Assembly (NCBI GenBank): GCA_038150265.1
Contig: JAYOTF010000007.1
Span: forward strand, 1 to 64,000
DNA from: Deltaproteobacteria bacterium
Lineage (GTDB): Bacteria; SAR324; NAC60-12
Reading direction: 5' to 3'
Length of the DNA stretch: 64,000 nt
Part shown: positions 43,701-53,578 of the stretch, piece by piece
Position numbering within the stretch: position 1 is the stretch's first letter
Layout: each line of letters starts with the position of its first letter
Notes under the pieces: generated by a model
What the model was told of the DNA's origin: nothing
Databases searched by the model: none
Seen by the model: the letters and a program-made list of their open reading frames with translations, nothing else
Program-made: the position numbers and the translations under genes

Positions 43701-43746
43701 GGACTGGGTCAGCACGAATCCGGAGCTGGCGTCGCTGTTTGAGTGA
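40717..43746 (+). CDS. large exported ankyrin-repeat protein (~27 repeats)
   Basis: N-terminal hydrophobic signal (..PAFA|Q), acidic linker, then about 27 G-x-T-[AP]-L-x-x-A-A repeats; GTG 40717 overlaps the ftsW 3' end. Confidence 0.92.
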   Translation: MAERLLLGLLLGGFLYLTLPPIPAFAQTGSEPELEDPEPPSDAEEVGAEEAPSGRIDHRLKNFLETTQGLDDWNRIMLAILESPEAVEEVLNQGMRVNVRGHGQFRGSTPLIFAAKTGKLEIVRLLVERRARINDTDDNGMTALAHAAQEGELEIVRFLLKRGANPDTISDNHWTPLILATRRGHDGVVRILLSVGVRVDYADHLGLTALAYAAQEGELTIAEMLLEYGADPRVASRNESTPLLWAVKSDQLSLVAELHRSGGSIRVREKEFGRTPLHLAALNGSTSMARFLLRLGARIDAVDFQGRTPLITALLSQSEETAVALIQEGASLELPDEQGNTALILAAQNGMLETVQELLNRPVDLDIQNELGQTPLMLAAASGRLEVVELLLRRSADLSRTDRYGKTAWMYAADYEQDEVVRFLDQNGGATSGNLIYAATRGYVPILQDLLEREVPLTAQDELGWTALMWAANNGNLESLKLLLEHNTPVNDQGANGWTALMLAAGRGHAEAIELLVQNGADFTIRDQDEWTALTWAAHKGQTLSVKKLISLGAQVNEQGANGVTPLAWAAASGNTETVLALLELEADLHLADAYGRSPLTLALLKEHYDTAGTLIRLGANANASLLYASSRGYVGIVQFLLEHQASLQHRSEEGMTPLLLASMGGHEAVIQLLLQQGADPLFRDPRNRTALHYAIIADSLPSSELLLRSGDLVNLKDADGNTALMLAADQGYRDLVELLLRYGARLNEVNGGQQTALMLAAAKGYREICRLLIQSGANPELQTESEQNALMVAAQNGHRLVVELLLEQGVPVDTKMFQLQGRGGTALTLAARSGHSDVVQVLLNYGAKLGAIELMYRRNALMEAARSGYLGTVKVLLLAGAVASETDLSGKTALMLAAEAGHTPVVQYLLDQAPDSAFEVDDEGKSALHLAAEMGQAEVVRLLLDQGFDPDQRDQQGETPLHLAAEAESVLVLKLLLEAGADPQLKDRSGRSPRDWVSTNPELASLFE

Positions 43747-43749
43747 CGG

Positions 43750-43995
43750 TCAGCTCCCCTTGTTCCACCAGGCGATCACGAGCTGCTGCTCCCGCTCCCG
43801 AAACCCTGCCTCATCAATCTTTCCCTGCCTGAACCCCTCCCGGAGGTAGTGGAGCTTGGCCAGCCACTCTTCGGTGCTGCTGCACTGGCTCCACCCTCCT
43901 TCCGTTTGACGGACCAGTTGCTCATAGGCCTCTGTGTCCAGGTCGATGGGGTGGTCCAGAGCGTGAGGGGTGACCCGGATGGTCGACATGGCCAC
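43750..43995 (-). CDS. hypothetical protein (81 aa)
   Basis: ORF 5 bp downstream of tal on the same strand. Confidence 0.65.
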   Translation of the reverse strand: MAMSTIRVTPHALDHPIDLDTEAYEQLVRQTEGGWSQCSSTEEWLAKLHYLREGFRQGKIDEAGFREREQQLVIAWWNKGS

Positions 43996-44000
43996 CGACC

Positions 44001-44663
44001 TCAGTCAGCCTGACCGAGGGTCTGACCAGTCTGCTCCCAGTCCTTCAGGAAGGCGGCCAGGCCCTTGTCGGTGAGGGGGTGGTGGAACATCTGCTGAAAG
44101 ACCTTTGGTGGCGCTGTGATGACATCGGCGCCCATCTTGGCACAGTGGAGGGCGTGTTGTGGACCCCGGATGGAGGCGGCCAGGACCTCAGTCTCAAAGC
44201 CATAGTTGTTGTAGATTTCAACAATGTCGGCGATCAGATCGAGCCCGTCCAGGCTGATGTCGTCCAGACGTCCCACAAACGGACTGATGAAGGTGGCGCC
44301 GGCCTTGGCCGCAATCAGGGCCTGGTTGGCGCTGAAGCACAGGGTCACATTGACTGGGTGCCCCTCTTTGCTGAGCTGGTTGCAGGCCTGAATGCCTTCC
44401 GGTGTCAGGGGAACCTTCACCACAATGTTGTCGGCAATCTGCCGGAGCCAGCGTCCCTCGCGGATCATGCTCTCGGCATCAGTGGAGACCGTTTCTCCGG
44501 AGATGGGGCCATCCACGAGCTTGCAGATCTCGGCCAGCACTTCACGGATGTCTCGTCCGGACTGCGCAATGAGGCTGGGGTTGGTGGTGACGCCATCAAC
44601 AATGCCGTAGGCGGTGAGGGCTTGAATCTGTTCCGTATCGGCAGTATCAACAAAAAATTTCAT
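44001..44663 (-). CDS. tal: transaldolase (short TalC/FSA-fold type)
   Basis: DGVTTNPSL, Schiff-base [20 protein letters not shown] (Phe and Glu typical of transaldolase rather than FSA). Confidence 0.92.
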   Translation of the reverse strand: MKFFVDTADTEQIQALTAYGIVDGVTTNPSLIAQSGRDIREVLAEICKLVDGPISGETVSTDAESMIREGRWLRQIADNIVVKVPLTPEGIQACNQLSKEGHPVNVTLCFSANQALIAAKAGATFISPFVGRLDDISLDGLDLIADIVEIYNNYGFETEVLAASIRGPQHALHCAKMGADVITAPPKVFQQMFHHPLTDKGLAAFLKDWEQTGQTLGQAD

Positions 44664-44894
44664 GGAAGGGACTTTCGTTGAGAAGGTTGGACCGTGACTG
44701 GAGGTGCGGGAGCGCCACAGAGGTATTCAACAGGTTGAAAGCCCCTGAGTTTAGCGAACCTCTTGCGGGAGTGCAATCGGGCAACTGGAAAAACCCACTC
44801 AATTTTTTGGGATGTCTTGACCGGGGCCTGTCCCCCCTTTACCGAGGCCAGGGCGCTGAGTTCCGACGCCTCTTTCTTTCTGATGGAGACTTGT

Positions 44895-45323
44895 ATGACG
44901 ACGGCTTCTTCCAAAGCCCTTGAGGTGGCACAGACCATGTTTGCTGACGACCGGACCTCCCAGTTTCTGGGCATGGAACTGATTGAGGTGACGCCAGGAG
45001 CAGCAACGCTGCGCCTGCCACTGGCGGAGTGGATGTTCAACGGACATGGCACCTGCCACGGCGGGATCATCTTTACGTTTGCTGACTCCGCCTTCGCCTT
45101 TGCGTGCAACTCGCACAACCAGCGGACCGTTGCGCAGCACTGCACCATTACCTTCCTGAAGCCGGGGAAGCCTGGAGACATTCTGATTGCAGACGCCCGA
45201 GAAGTCGCTCGTGAGGGACGAAATGGGATCTATGACATTGAGATCCGGACGGAAGCCGGAGAGGTGCTGGCGCAGTTCCGGGGAAACTCGCGCAGCATCT
45301 CCGGGACCATTTTGCCGGAGTGA
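44895..45323 (+). CDS. paaI: hydroxyphenylacetyl-CoA thioesterase PaaI (hotdog fold)
   Basis: NGHGTCHGGIIFTFADSAFAFACNS, AQFRGNSR. Confidence 0.88.
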   Translation: MTTASSKALEVAQTMFADDRTSQFLGMELIEVTPGAATLRLPLAEWMFNGHGTCHGGIIFTFADSAFAFACNSHNQRTVAQHCTITFLKPGKPGDILIADAREVAREGRNGIYDIEIRTEAGEVLAQFRGNSRSISGTILPE

Positions 45324-45324
45324 C

Positions 45325-45777
45325 TCAGGAGGCGTCTGTTGGCTGAGGCGCGTCCAGAAGCTTGTACACCATCTTGGTAAACAGCGCGCGCTCCTCCGGA
45401 TCCAGACGCTCAAGAAACTGCGCTTCGTATTCCAGCGCCAGGGGTTTGATGTCCTCAAAAAGTGCCCGTCCGGAATCCGTGAGTCGCATCTCGACCAAGC
45501 GGCGGTCGTTGGTGCTGGGACGTTTTTCCATCAGACCTCGTGCCTCCAGACGTGCAGAGGCTCGGCTAATCTTGGCCTTGTCCATGTCCACATGCTGGAA
45601 GACCTCCCGGACCGAGATGCGGTCGGATTCGGCCAGGTGGGCCATCAGCCGCCACTCTGGAATGGACAGGTCAAACTGGGCCTCATAGACCTGGGCCAGG
45701 TTCCGGCTCACCTGATGGGCCAGAACGTTGAGGAGGTAGGGGAGGTAGTGGTCGAGTTGAAGGGCTGAGTGGCTCAT
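45325..45777 (-). CDS. MarR family transcriptional regulator
   Basis: YLPYLL, LSIPEWR, MDKAKISRA, DRRLV..LTDSG. Confidence 0.92.
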   Translation of the reverse strand: MSHSALQLDHYLPYLLNVLAHQVSRNLAQVYEAQFDLSIPEWRLMAHLAESDRISVREVFQHVDMDKAKISRASARLEARGLMEKRPSTNDRRLVEMRLTDSGRALFEDIKPLALEYEAQFLERLDPEERALFTKMVYKLLDAPQPTDAS

Positions 45778-45973
45778 TGGAATGCATGAGGTTAAGGGCC
45801 GAGGGCATCAGCTCTCTTGAAGTTCCTTCCGACAGGAAGGAGCTGCTGATCATTGGGCATTCCTCATTTTCCGAAATTGCGAGCGAAGAAGCAACCATTC
45901 TCCAGAAGGGTTCCGGAGAACTGGCACGCTTCTTTCACACCAGAAGGGATCAACCCGAACCCGCGGAATCATC

Positions 45974-46465
45974 ATGGACCTCACCCCCCTCACTTCTGAA
46001 AAAGAAACCCTGCGTCAGCTGCAGCAGGACCTTGTTGATTATGGCTGGAGCCTGCTTTCCACGCAGTACAAGGGGCATCAGTTCTGTCACACCATTGGCC
46101 TCCACTGGAGCTTTCAGCACGCTGATCTGGAGCTGGTGGGCCTCAATGAGGAGCTGGGCACCCTGTTCCTCAATGAGCTGGCCGGACGGGTGAAGCTGGG
46201 GCAGCGCTACCACCACCTCAGTGTGATTGATGACATGGTGGAGGACATTGAGCTGCTGCTGGTTCACAACCCCCTGGATCCGGAGGGGGAACCCATCCTG
46301 AATGGTCGGCTCCGTTTGGTGTATCCCGATTCCCAGGGCCGTTACCCCTGGGAGAGCGGTTGTGACGATGATTGCCTGGTGCAGCTCCTGTTTCCCGACT
46401 CCACTCTGCCCCGCCGAGAGGTGTTTGAGGCAGAAGGCCTGCTCCTGCACACCGACCCGGTCTGA
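45974..46465 (+). CDS. DUF4262-like protein
   Basis: YGW...FCHTIGL...HADLELVGL, LVYPDSQGRYPWE. Confidence 0.7.
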   Translation: MDLTPLTSEKETLRQLQQDLVDYGWSLLSTQYKGHQFCHTIGLHWSFQHADLELVGLNEELGTLFLNELAGRVKLGQRYHHLSVIDDMVEDIELLLVHNPLDPEGEPILNGRLRLVYPDSQGRYPWESGCDDDCLVQLLFPDSTLPRREVFEAEGLLLHTDPV

Positions 46466-46562
46466 CCGGCCCACGACGGCCCTCCCTTCCCCTGCCCCGT
46501 CCGGCTTCCGGACCCGAAGCGTCGATCAGGAGTTGCGACTTTTCCCCAAGTCGCGAAACTGA

Positions 46563-47795
<1,233 letters not shown>

Positions 47796-47816
47796 GCTTC
47801 TCCGGAGGATCGCGCA

Positions 47817-47846
47817 TTGACAAACACGGTAAAACTGCCCTATAAA
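47817..47846 (+). promoter_or_regulatory. putative sigma70 promoter
   Basis: TTGACA-18 bp-TATAAA upstream of 47901. Confidence 0.6.
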
Positions 47847-47900
47847 CAGGCGAAGCCAATGCGGTGCTTCTTCAGCACCGGATCTTTTTCCGACTCTTGA

Positions 47901-48689
47901 ATGGACTACACCACCCTTAGCCTCAATCAGCGTCCGCACGGCGTGTGGGAGGTCACCCTCAGCCGCCCGGAGGCCCACAATGCCATGAGCATCCGGATGA
48001 TCCGGGAACTCCGGAACCTCTGGGACCAACTGAGGGCCGATCCGGAGGTCCGGGTGGTGGTGCTGGCTGGCGCAGGAAAGAGCTTCTGTGCGGGGGCTGA
48101 CCTGCGGTGGATGCAGGAGATTGCTCAGCAGCCCCGGGAGCAACGCCTGGCAGAGGCCCGGGAGCTGGCGGAGATGCTCCAGGCGCTTGATACCCTTCCG
48201 GCCCTGACGGTGGCCCGAGTGCACGGAGCCGCGTATGGAGGAGCGGTGGGCCTGATCGCTTGCTGCGACCTGGCTTTGGCCTCTGAAGCCGCAGGATTCG
48301 CGTTGACCGAAGTGAAGCTGGGGCTGTTGCCTGCGACGATTTCACCGTTTGTGATCAGACGTCTGGGCGGCTCCCAGGCACGGCGGGTGATGCTGCACGC
48401 CAAGCGCTTTGATGCCGCGGAAGCCCGGCACCTGGGCCTGATCAGCCGGGTGACCTCGGTGGAGGAGCTGGACTTGGCCGTGGAGGAAGAGCTGCGCTGG
48501 GCGCTGGCCTGCTCGCCACACGCGGTGCAAACGACCAAGGCGCTCATCCGCGAAGTCGAGGGACAGCGTCCGGAAGCTGCCCGCGAGCTGACCATTGGGC
48601 AACTCGCAGAGGTCTGGGAGCATCCAGATGCACAAGAAGGAATGACGGCTTTTTTTGAGAAGCGGTCTCCCACCTGGAAACCGGCATGA
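47901..48689 (+). CDS. enoyl-CoA hydratase/isomerase (methylglutaconyl-CoA hydratase-like)
   Basis: SFCAGADL, AYGGAVGL, LTEVKLGLLPATISPFV. Confidence 0.88.
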   Translation: MDYTTLSLNQRPHGVWEVTLSRPEAHNAMSIRMIRELRNLWDQLRADPEVRVVVLAGAGKSFCAGADLRWMQEIAQQPREQRLAEARELAEMLQALDTLPALTVARVHGAAYGGAVGLIACCDLALASEAAGFALTEVKLGLLPATISPFVIRRLGGSQARRVMLHAKRFDAAEARHLGLISRVTSVEELDLAVEEELRWALACSPHAVQTTKALIREVEGQRPEAARELTIGQLAEVWEHPDAQEGMTAFFEKRSPTWKPA

Positions 48690-49303
48690 ATTTCCGGCAC
48701 CTTTGCTGCATGTTGCCCCAATTTGTCCGACGATTGGGTCTGATTGGAGGGCTGTTTCTGATGCTGCCCTCGTTGGGGCAGGCGCAGACGCTTTCCGAGA
48801 TGGTGGAAGACGTCCTCCCGCAATGGGGACGGCAGCACCAGGAGTTTTATGCGGGGGCTGCGTGGCTGGTGGTCAGCACTCCGCACTTCAATGCCTTCCG
48901 GGAAGCGGGGCAGTCGAACCTCATGGCCTTTGCCGAGTGGTGGCCGGACGAAACGTGGGGGCTCCGGGGGTTTGGGGCTCAGCAACGGTACCGCCGCTTT
49001 GGAGAAGCCGGGGAAGACGTGACCCTTCGGCACCTTGGAGTGATTGGAAAGGGCTGGGTGGTGCTGTCGGACAACTGGCAGGCTTCTGCCGGAGCCGGTT
49101 TTGCCAACACCCGCCTGGAAGCACCGAGCGGCGACAAACGAGCGCTGACTCTGGTCACCGAGTTTCTGCTGACGGTTCAGGTCGCAGAGGCTCTCACTTT
49201 GGAACTGGGAACGTTGACCATGGATGGAGCCAGTGGAGAAGGCTCAACGGATCAACGCCTGGGTTCCACCAACTATGTAGCTGGGCTCAGTGTAGGGTTT
49301 TAG
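48686..49303 (+). CDS. putative 8-stranded outer-membrane beta-barrel protein
   Basis: signal peptide (GQA|Q), alternating beta strands, C-terminal Phe (YVAGLSVGF). Confidence 0.6.
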   Translation: MNFRHLCCMLPQFVRRLGLIGGLFLMLPSLGQAQTLSEMVEDVLPQWGRQHQEFYAGAAWLVVSTPHFNAFREAGQSNLMAFAEWWPDETWGLRGFGAQQRYRRFGEAGEDVTLRHLGVIGKGWVVLSDNWQASAGAGFANTRLEAPSGDKRALTLVTEFLLTVQVAEALTLELGTLTMDGASGEGSTDQRLGSTNYVAGLSVGF

Positions 49304-49342
49304 GTCCCTGGCCCGAGAACGAATTTTGATGCAGCGAGGATA

Positions 49343-50869
49343 ATGCAACTGCCCAACGTAGAACTTCTGACCAACGAGGACAAGATCTGGTTCGCCCGCT
49401 CCATCGCGGGAATGGTGGTCGCAGACGGCCATGTGGATGACAGTGAACTGGAGTCCTTGAAAGAGGCGATCAGCTTCCTGGATGACCGAGAGGAAGTGAA
49501 CCGGTTGATGGCCATTGTGAAGTCGGGCAAGCCCCCCAAGCTGGAGGCGGCACACATTGAGTCGAAGCAGGCCTTCATCATCCTCAAGTACCTTGCTGAA
49601 GTGATGGTGGCAGATGCCGTCCTTTCGCCGTCGGAGGTCGATTACTTCCTCACGGTTGGAAAGCTCCTTGGCTTCACCCCCAACATCCTGAACAAGCTGT
49701 GGCGCACCGCTCGGAGTTCCCTGGAAGCGGCGAAGCCGAAGGGAATGATTGACGCGGGCAAGAGCGGAAAAATTGAGGTGGCACTCCTGACGCTCAATGA
49801 GGAGCAGTGCGCGTTCCGGTTCCCCCGTCCGCTGATGCCCAACTCCCGGCTGATTTTGCAGGTCACCAAGAGCGATGGCAACCTGTACAACCCGGTGCAG
49901 ATGCGGCTGGAGAAGCAGTCTGCAGACCGGCATGACGAAGGGTCGTATCAGGTGGTGGCCAAGATTGAGCAGCGCGTTGCCGAGGGCAACGGCATCCTGG
50001 AGCACCTCTATCCCGACCGCTTCATGCCGGCGGAAGACACGCGCCTCTCTCCAAGCAAGTCGTCTCTGACGGGGCGTCTGGTGCGCTGTCCGGTGTGCCT
50101 GACCAACAAGATCCCGTTCTACATCCTCCGCTCCCGGAGCATGATCACCAAGCAGAACATCTTTGGCATTGGCAAGTACGTCAAGCCTGCCGGCCAGCTC
50201 GACTTCTGCAACTTCCACCTGCTGGAGGTCAGCTCCTGCCCAACCTGCGCCTTTTCCTCCAACACCATTGAGCACTTCCAGCGGACCACGCACGAGGAGC
50301 CCGTGTTTGATGTGGAAGCCTTCAAGGAAGGGTGGGACGAGGCGGCGGCGGACCTGCTCAAGAAGCTTCAGGCGCAAACGGAGAACTACGCGACTGAAGA
50401 GCGAAACGTGCAAGAGGCGCTGCTTTCGTATGACCTTGGCATGAAAACCTTCCGGCACCTTGCCTCCAAGGCGAAGGATGAGCGCGACGGCCTCGTGTAC
50501 CTGCGAAAGGTGGTGTCGTACCTGATGATTCAGGCGGAACTCCTCATGGAGGAAGGGCAGAAGGAAAAAGCGGTGGCCAACCTCAAGGAGGTGATCAGCA
50601 CCCTGGAGCCCCTCTTTGAGCAGATGGAAGCAGAGGTGATCCTGCGCTCCGCGACACTCTTGTTCCAAATCATGGTCTACCTGAAGGATTACCAAAAGGC
50701 AGGCATGTACATGAAGTTCATCGACAACTACAACACGGAAGGCAAGCTGGATCCTGCCGGAGACGAGTACAAGACCCTTCAGATCTGTGCCGCCACAATC
50801 AAGCGGACCTATGATGATCGGGAGATGCTCGCCTTTGACCAGCTGGCTTCTTTCCACGTGGAAGGCTAA
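49343..50869 (+). CDS. TerB-like / PilZ-like / DUF2225 zinc-ribbon multidomain protein
   Basis: two TerB-type motifs (VADGHVDDSE, VADAVLSPSE), a beta-rich middle domain, CPVC...CPTC, helical TPR-like C-terminus. Confidence 0.7.
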   Translation: MQLPNVELLTNEDKIWFARSIAGMVVADGHVDDSELESLKEAISFLDDREEVNRLMAIVKSGKPPKLEAAHIESKQAFIILKYLAEVMVADAVLSPSEVDYFLTVGKLLGFTPNILNKLWRTARSSLEAAKPKGMIDAGKSGKIEVALLTLNEEQCAFRFPRPLMPNSRLILQVTKSDGNLYNPVQMRLEKQSADRHDEGSYQVVAKIEQRVAEGNGILEHLYPDRFMPAEDTRLSPSKSSLTGRLVRCPVCLTNKIPFYILRSRSMITKQNIFGIGKYVKPAGQLDFCNFHLLEVSSCPTCAFSSNTIEHFQRTTHEEPVFDVEAFKEGWDEAAADLLKKLQAQTENYATEERNVQEALLSYDLGMKTFRHLASKAKDERDGLVYLRKVVSYLMIQAELLMEEGQKEKAVANLKEVISTLEPLFEQMEAEVILRSATLLFQIMVYLKDYQKAGMYMKFIDNYNTEGKLDPAGDEYKTLQICAATIKRTYDDREMLAFDQLASFHVEG

Positions 50870-50878
50870 CGAGGAATC

Positions 50879-52450
50879 ATGGCTGAAGCTCCTGCAGAGG
50901 GAACCAAGGAAGAACGTCCCCGAAACGGCAAAATCTTTGTCATGCTTCCGGAACTGCTGATGAAGCGGTTGATGGGGCCCTTGCGCCAGAGCCTGCTGGC
51001 CCTCAATGTTGCCTTTGAGATTGGCAACGAGGAGACTCCTGCAGAGAAGCTTGCCAACTTTCAGTGGATCATCCGGTTTCCATGGACGATTCCTCCAGGC
51101 AAGCTGCAGGACGACAAAGCCGGGCTGTTCCTGTACCGGGCTGCCGGGATGGTCAAGATTCAGGAAAACAAGCTTCCACCGCAACGCAACGAACACCTGA
51201 CCCAGATTCTGGAACGCTTCAAGGTGGTGCAGGAGGGGGTGCAGACGCGAGAGGAGCGTCCGGAGTTCCTCAAGCTGTCAGTGGCAGACTTCAACCTGCG
51301 AGACCGCCAGCAGGAGTCCCGGCAGCTCCGGGCCCGCGTCACAGACCTCAACCGGGTGGTCGAGGAGGTGGAGAGCGCCTACTACTATGGGATCAGCTAC
51401 CTCTTCAATACGGCCATTGCACAGGTGACCGGAGTCGCGGTGCTGCAGGGCATCATGAAGGGGCTGGTCCGCCTGATGATCATTGACAACCTGGGCAACC
51501 GGACCATTGATGGCCTCGTCAAGCTGGGCTTCAGCAAGAAGTTCCTGACGACCATGTCCACGGCCCAACTTGCGGAAAAGTACCAGGAGTTCAAGAAGAC
51601 CGACGAGGGTCAGAAGTACAATGCCCAGGAATTCCTCTTCCAGAGCGAGGAGTTCAAGAATGTGGACATCGTCTTCTTCAACAACTGGGACTTCAGCGAA
51701 GACAACTTCACGGTCCGGGTGGGGTTGCGGAAGAAAACTGTCCTCAGCAAAAAAGAGGAGCAGAAGAAGCGGCAGGAGAAGTTTCTGGAAGACCGCATGA
51801 GCGAGGCCAAGGGACAGCTTGCCGAGCAGCAGGCGAAGCTCAAGCCCCTCATGGAAGAGATTGAGGTCATTGAGGTCAACAACATGCAGGAGAAGGAGAA
51901 GCGGTACCAGATCCTGCTCAAGCAACGCAAGCGCCTACTGGGGCAGATTCACCGCAGTGAGGCCCGCCTCAAGGAGCTGGAGCGTCCGGTGAATGCCTCT
52001 GACCAGCAACTGCTGCTGACCTTTGACCTGTTTGAGAGCTTCCGGAGCCGCCAGAGCTTCCGCGACAAGCTGGGAGATGCCTTTACCGGACTCGGATTTG
52101 GAGACCTCTGGCAGAAAAGCGTGGGAGTGGATGCCGCCAAGAGCTTTCACAACCTGTTCAAGATGGCCCAGTGTGCCAAGGACTTGATCCAGGTGGAGCA
52201 GCGGGTACAGAAGCTTGAAACCTCGTGGAAGCAACTGGAGGAGCAACTGGCTCGGTTCTCCATGCACCATGGCCTGGTGAAGAAGCGCAAAGGCGCTCGT
52301 CCGGGAGAGCCCGAGAGCTATCAGCCCCTGCTGGAGGAGCACATTCTGGAAAAGCTGGAAATGGCGATTTTGAGCTGCGAGGTCGTCAATAGCTTCCAGC
52401 GCCTCCGAGAAGAGGCCAAGGCCCAGAATGACACCCTGGAGCTGGAGTGA
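50879..52450 (+). CDS. hypothetical coiled-coil protein (523 aa)
   Basis: GAGG SD, 9 bp after the upstream stop; long K/E/Q-rich heptad stretches. Confidence 0.75.
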   Translation: MAEAPAEGTKEERPRNGKIFVMLPELLMKRLMGPLRQSLLALNVAFEIGNEETPAEKLANFQWIIRFPWTIPPGKLQDDKAGLFLYRAAGMVKIQENKLPPQRNEHLTQILERFKVVQEGVQTREERPEFLKLSVADFNLRDRQQESRQLRARVTDLNRVVEEVESAYYYGISYLFNTAIAQVTGVAVLQGIMKGLVRLMIIDNLGNRTIDGLVKLGFSKKFLTTMSTAQLAEKYQEFKKTDEGQKYNAQEFLFQSEEFKNVDIVFFNNWDFSEDNFTVRVGLRKKTVLSKKEEQKKRQEKFLEDRMSEAKGQLAEQQAKLKPLMEEIEVIEVNNMQEKEKRYQILLKQRKRLLGQIHRSEARLKELERPVNASDQQLLLTFDLFESFRSRQSFRDKLGDAFTGLGFGDLWQKSVGVDAAKSFHNLFKMAQCAKDLIQVEQRVQKLETSWKQLEEQLARFSMHHGLVKKRKGARPGEPESYQPLLEEHILEKLEMAILSCEVVNSFQRLREEAKAQNDTLELE

Positions 52451-52641
52451 GCCGACACTGTCCAGCGTGCGGAGCCTGGATTTCCTGGCTCAGCCAGCGC
52501 TGTGCACACTGTGGTCAGGCGACCGGCCTTCCCCTCACCGTTGTCCTGAAGGCGGTGTTCTACTTCCTCATCGCCTTCCTCCTCACACGCCTGTCCGTCG
52601 GGCTTTTCCTTTCCCAATCCTAGCGTCCAACCGTTACCTCC

Positions 52642-53085
52642 ATGAATTTAAGTGATCTTCAGGAAGCCCTGCGGCTCCAGGAACAGTCTGCCTCATCCAA
52701 TCTTTCCCAACTGCTGGAGTGCCGTCGCCTGCTGGACCTGTCCCGGAATCGCTGCCAGCTGCTGGAACAGACGTCACAAGAAGCCGAGTCCGGAGAGGAT
52801 CAGGAGGTCATTCTGGCCGCGTTGGAAGAGGAGCGGCAACGGCTGGAGGTGCTTTCGTTTGACTACTTGATGCTGCTGGAAGATGAGCGGCAGTGGTCCC
52901 TGATGCACGTCAAGTGCTTTCACGAGATGACGTTTCCGAAGGAAGGCATCTGGCGAACGTTCTTCAGTGAAGAGCTGGAGGAGGAGGACCTGACCTTCCG
53001 GAAGCGGATTCAGGAACAGCGTGATCGCGCCGAGGCGGTGCGACAGATGATGCTGGAAGAGGAAGCAGGAGGAGAGGAGGAGTAG
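52642..53085 (+). CDS. hypothetical acidic helical protein (147 aa)
   Basis: E/L/Q-rich ORF with typical codon usage. Confidence 0.65.
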   Translation: MNLSDLQEALRLQEQSASSNLSQLLECRRLLDLSRNRCQLLEQTSQEAESGEDQEVILAALEEERQRLEVLSFDYLMLLEDERQWSLMHVKCFHEMTFPKEGIWRTFFSEELEEEDLTFRKRIQEQRDRAEAVRQMMLEEEAGGEEE

Positions 53086-53147
53086 GAGCCTCAACCGGAG
53101 TGACAGGGGGGGAACACTACCAGAAGAAGCTCCTCAAAGGGGGTGCC

Positions 53148-53465
53148 TTACAGGCTCATCGCAGGCATCATGGCCTCGACGTTCGCCATCCACTGCATGG
53201 ACTGCTTGCGCATCTCCTGGGTGGTCTTGCGAACCATGCCGTAGGTCTCGTTGACTGCATTCATCTGCATGCTCTTCAAGGTGGCCACGGAATCATTCAT
53301 CTTCAGCATCTCCATGGCAGGAGCCTTCTCCATCATGCCGTAAGCAGATTCCAAAGACTTCTTCTGCATGGCTTCCACTTCGTTCAGTCCCTTCTCGTAC
53401 TGATCGTACCAGGTGGTGTACATTTGCATGACGGGCTCGAACACTGATTTTTTTGCTTGGCTCAT
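53148..53465 (-). CDS. phasin-like small amphipathic helical protein (Met-rich)
   Basis: 105 aa, all-helical pattern, 18 Met; AT-rich upstream region; phasin call is inference. Confidence 0.55.
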   Translation of the reverse strand: MSQAKKSVFEPVMQMYTTWYDQYEKGLNEVEAMQKKSLESAYGMMEKAPAMEMLKMNDSVATLKSMQMNAVNETYGMVRKTTQEMRKQSMQWMANVEAMMPAMSL

Positions 53466-53578
53466 GGTGCTTGACCTTGAATGGGGGTGAAAAACAAATA
53501 ACGTCCCTTACGTTAGAGGAATTCCCCACGAATTGCAACTTTAATTTTTATTTTTATTGATTCACCTTAAAAATAACT

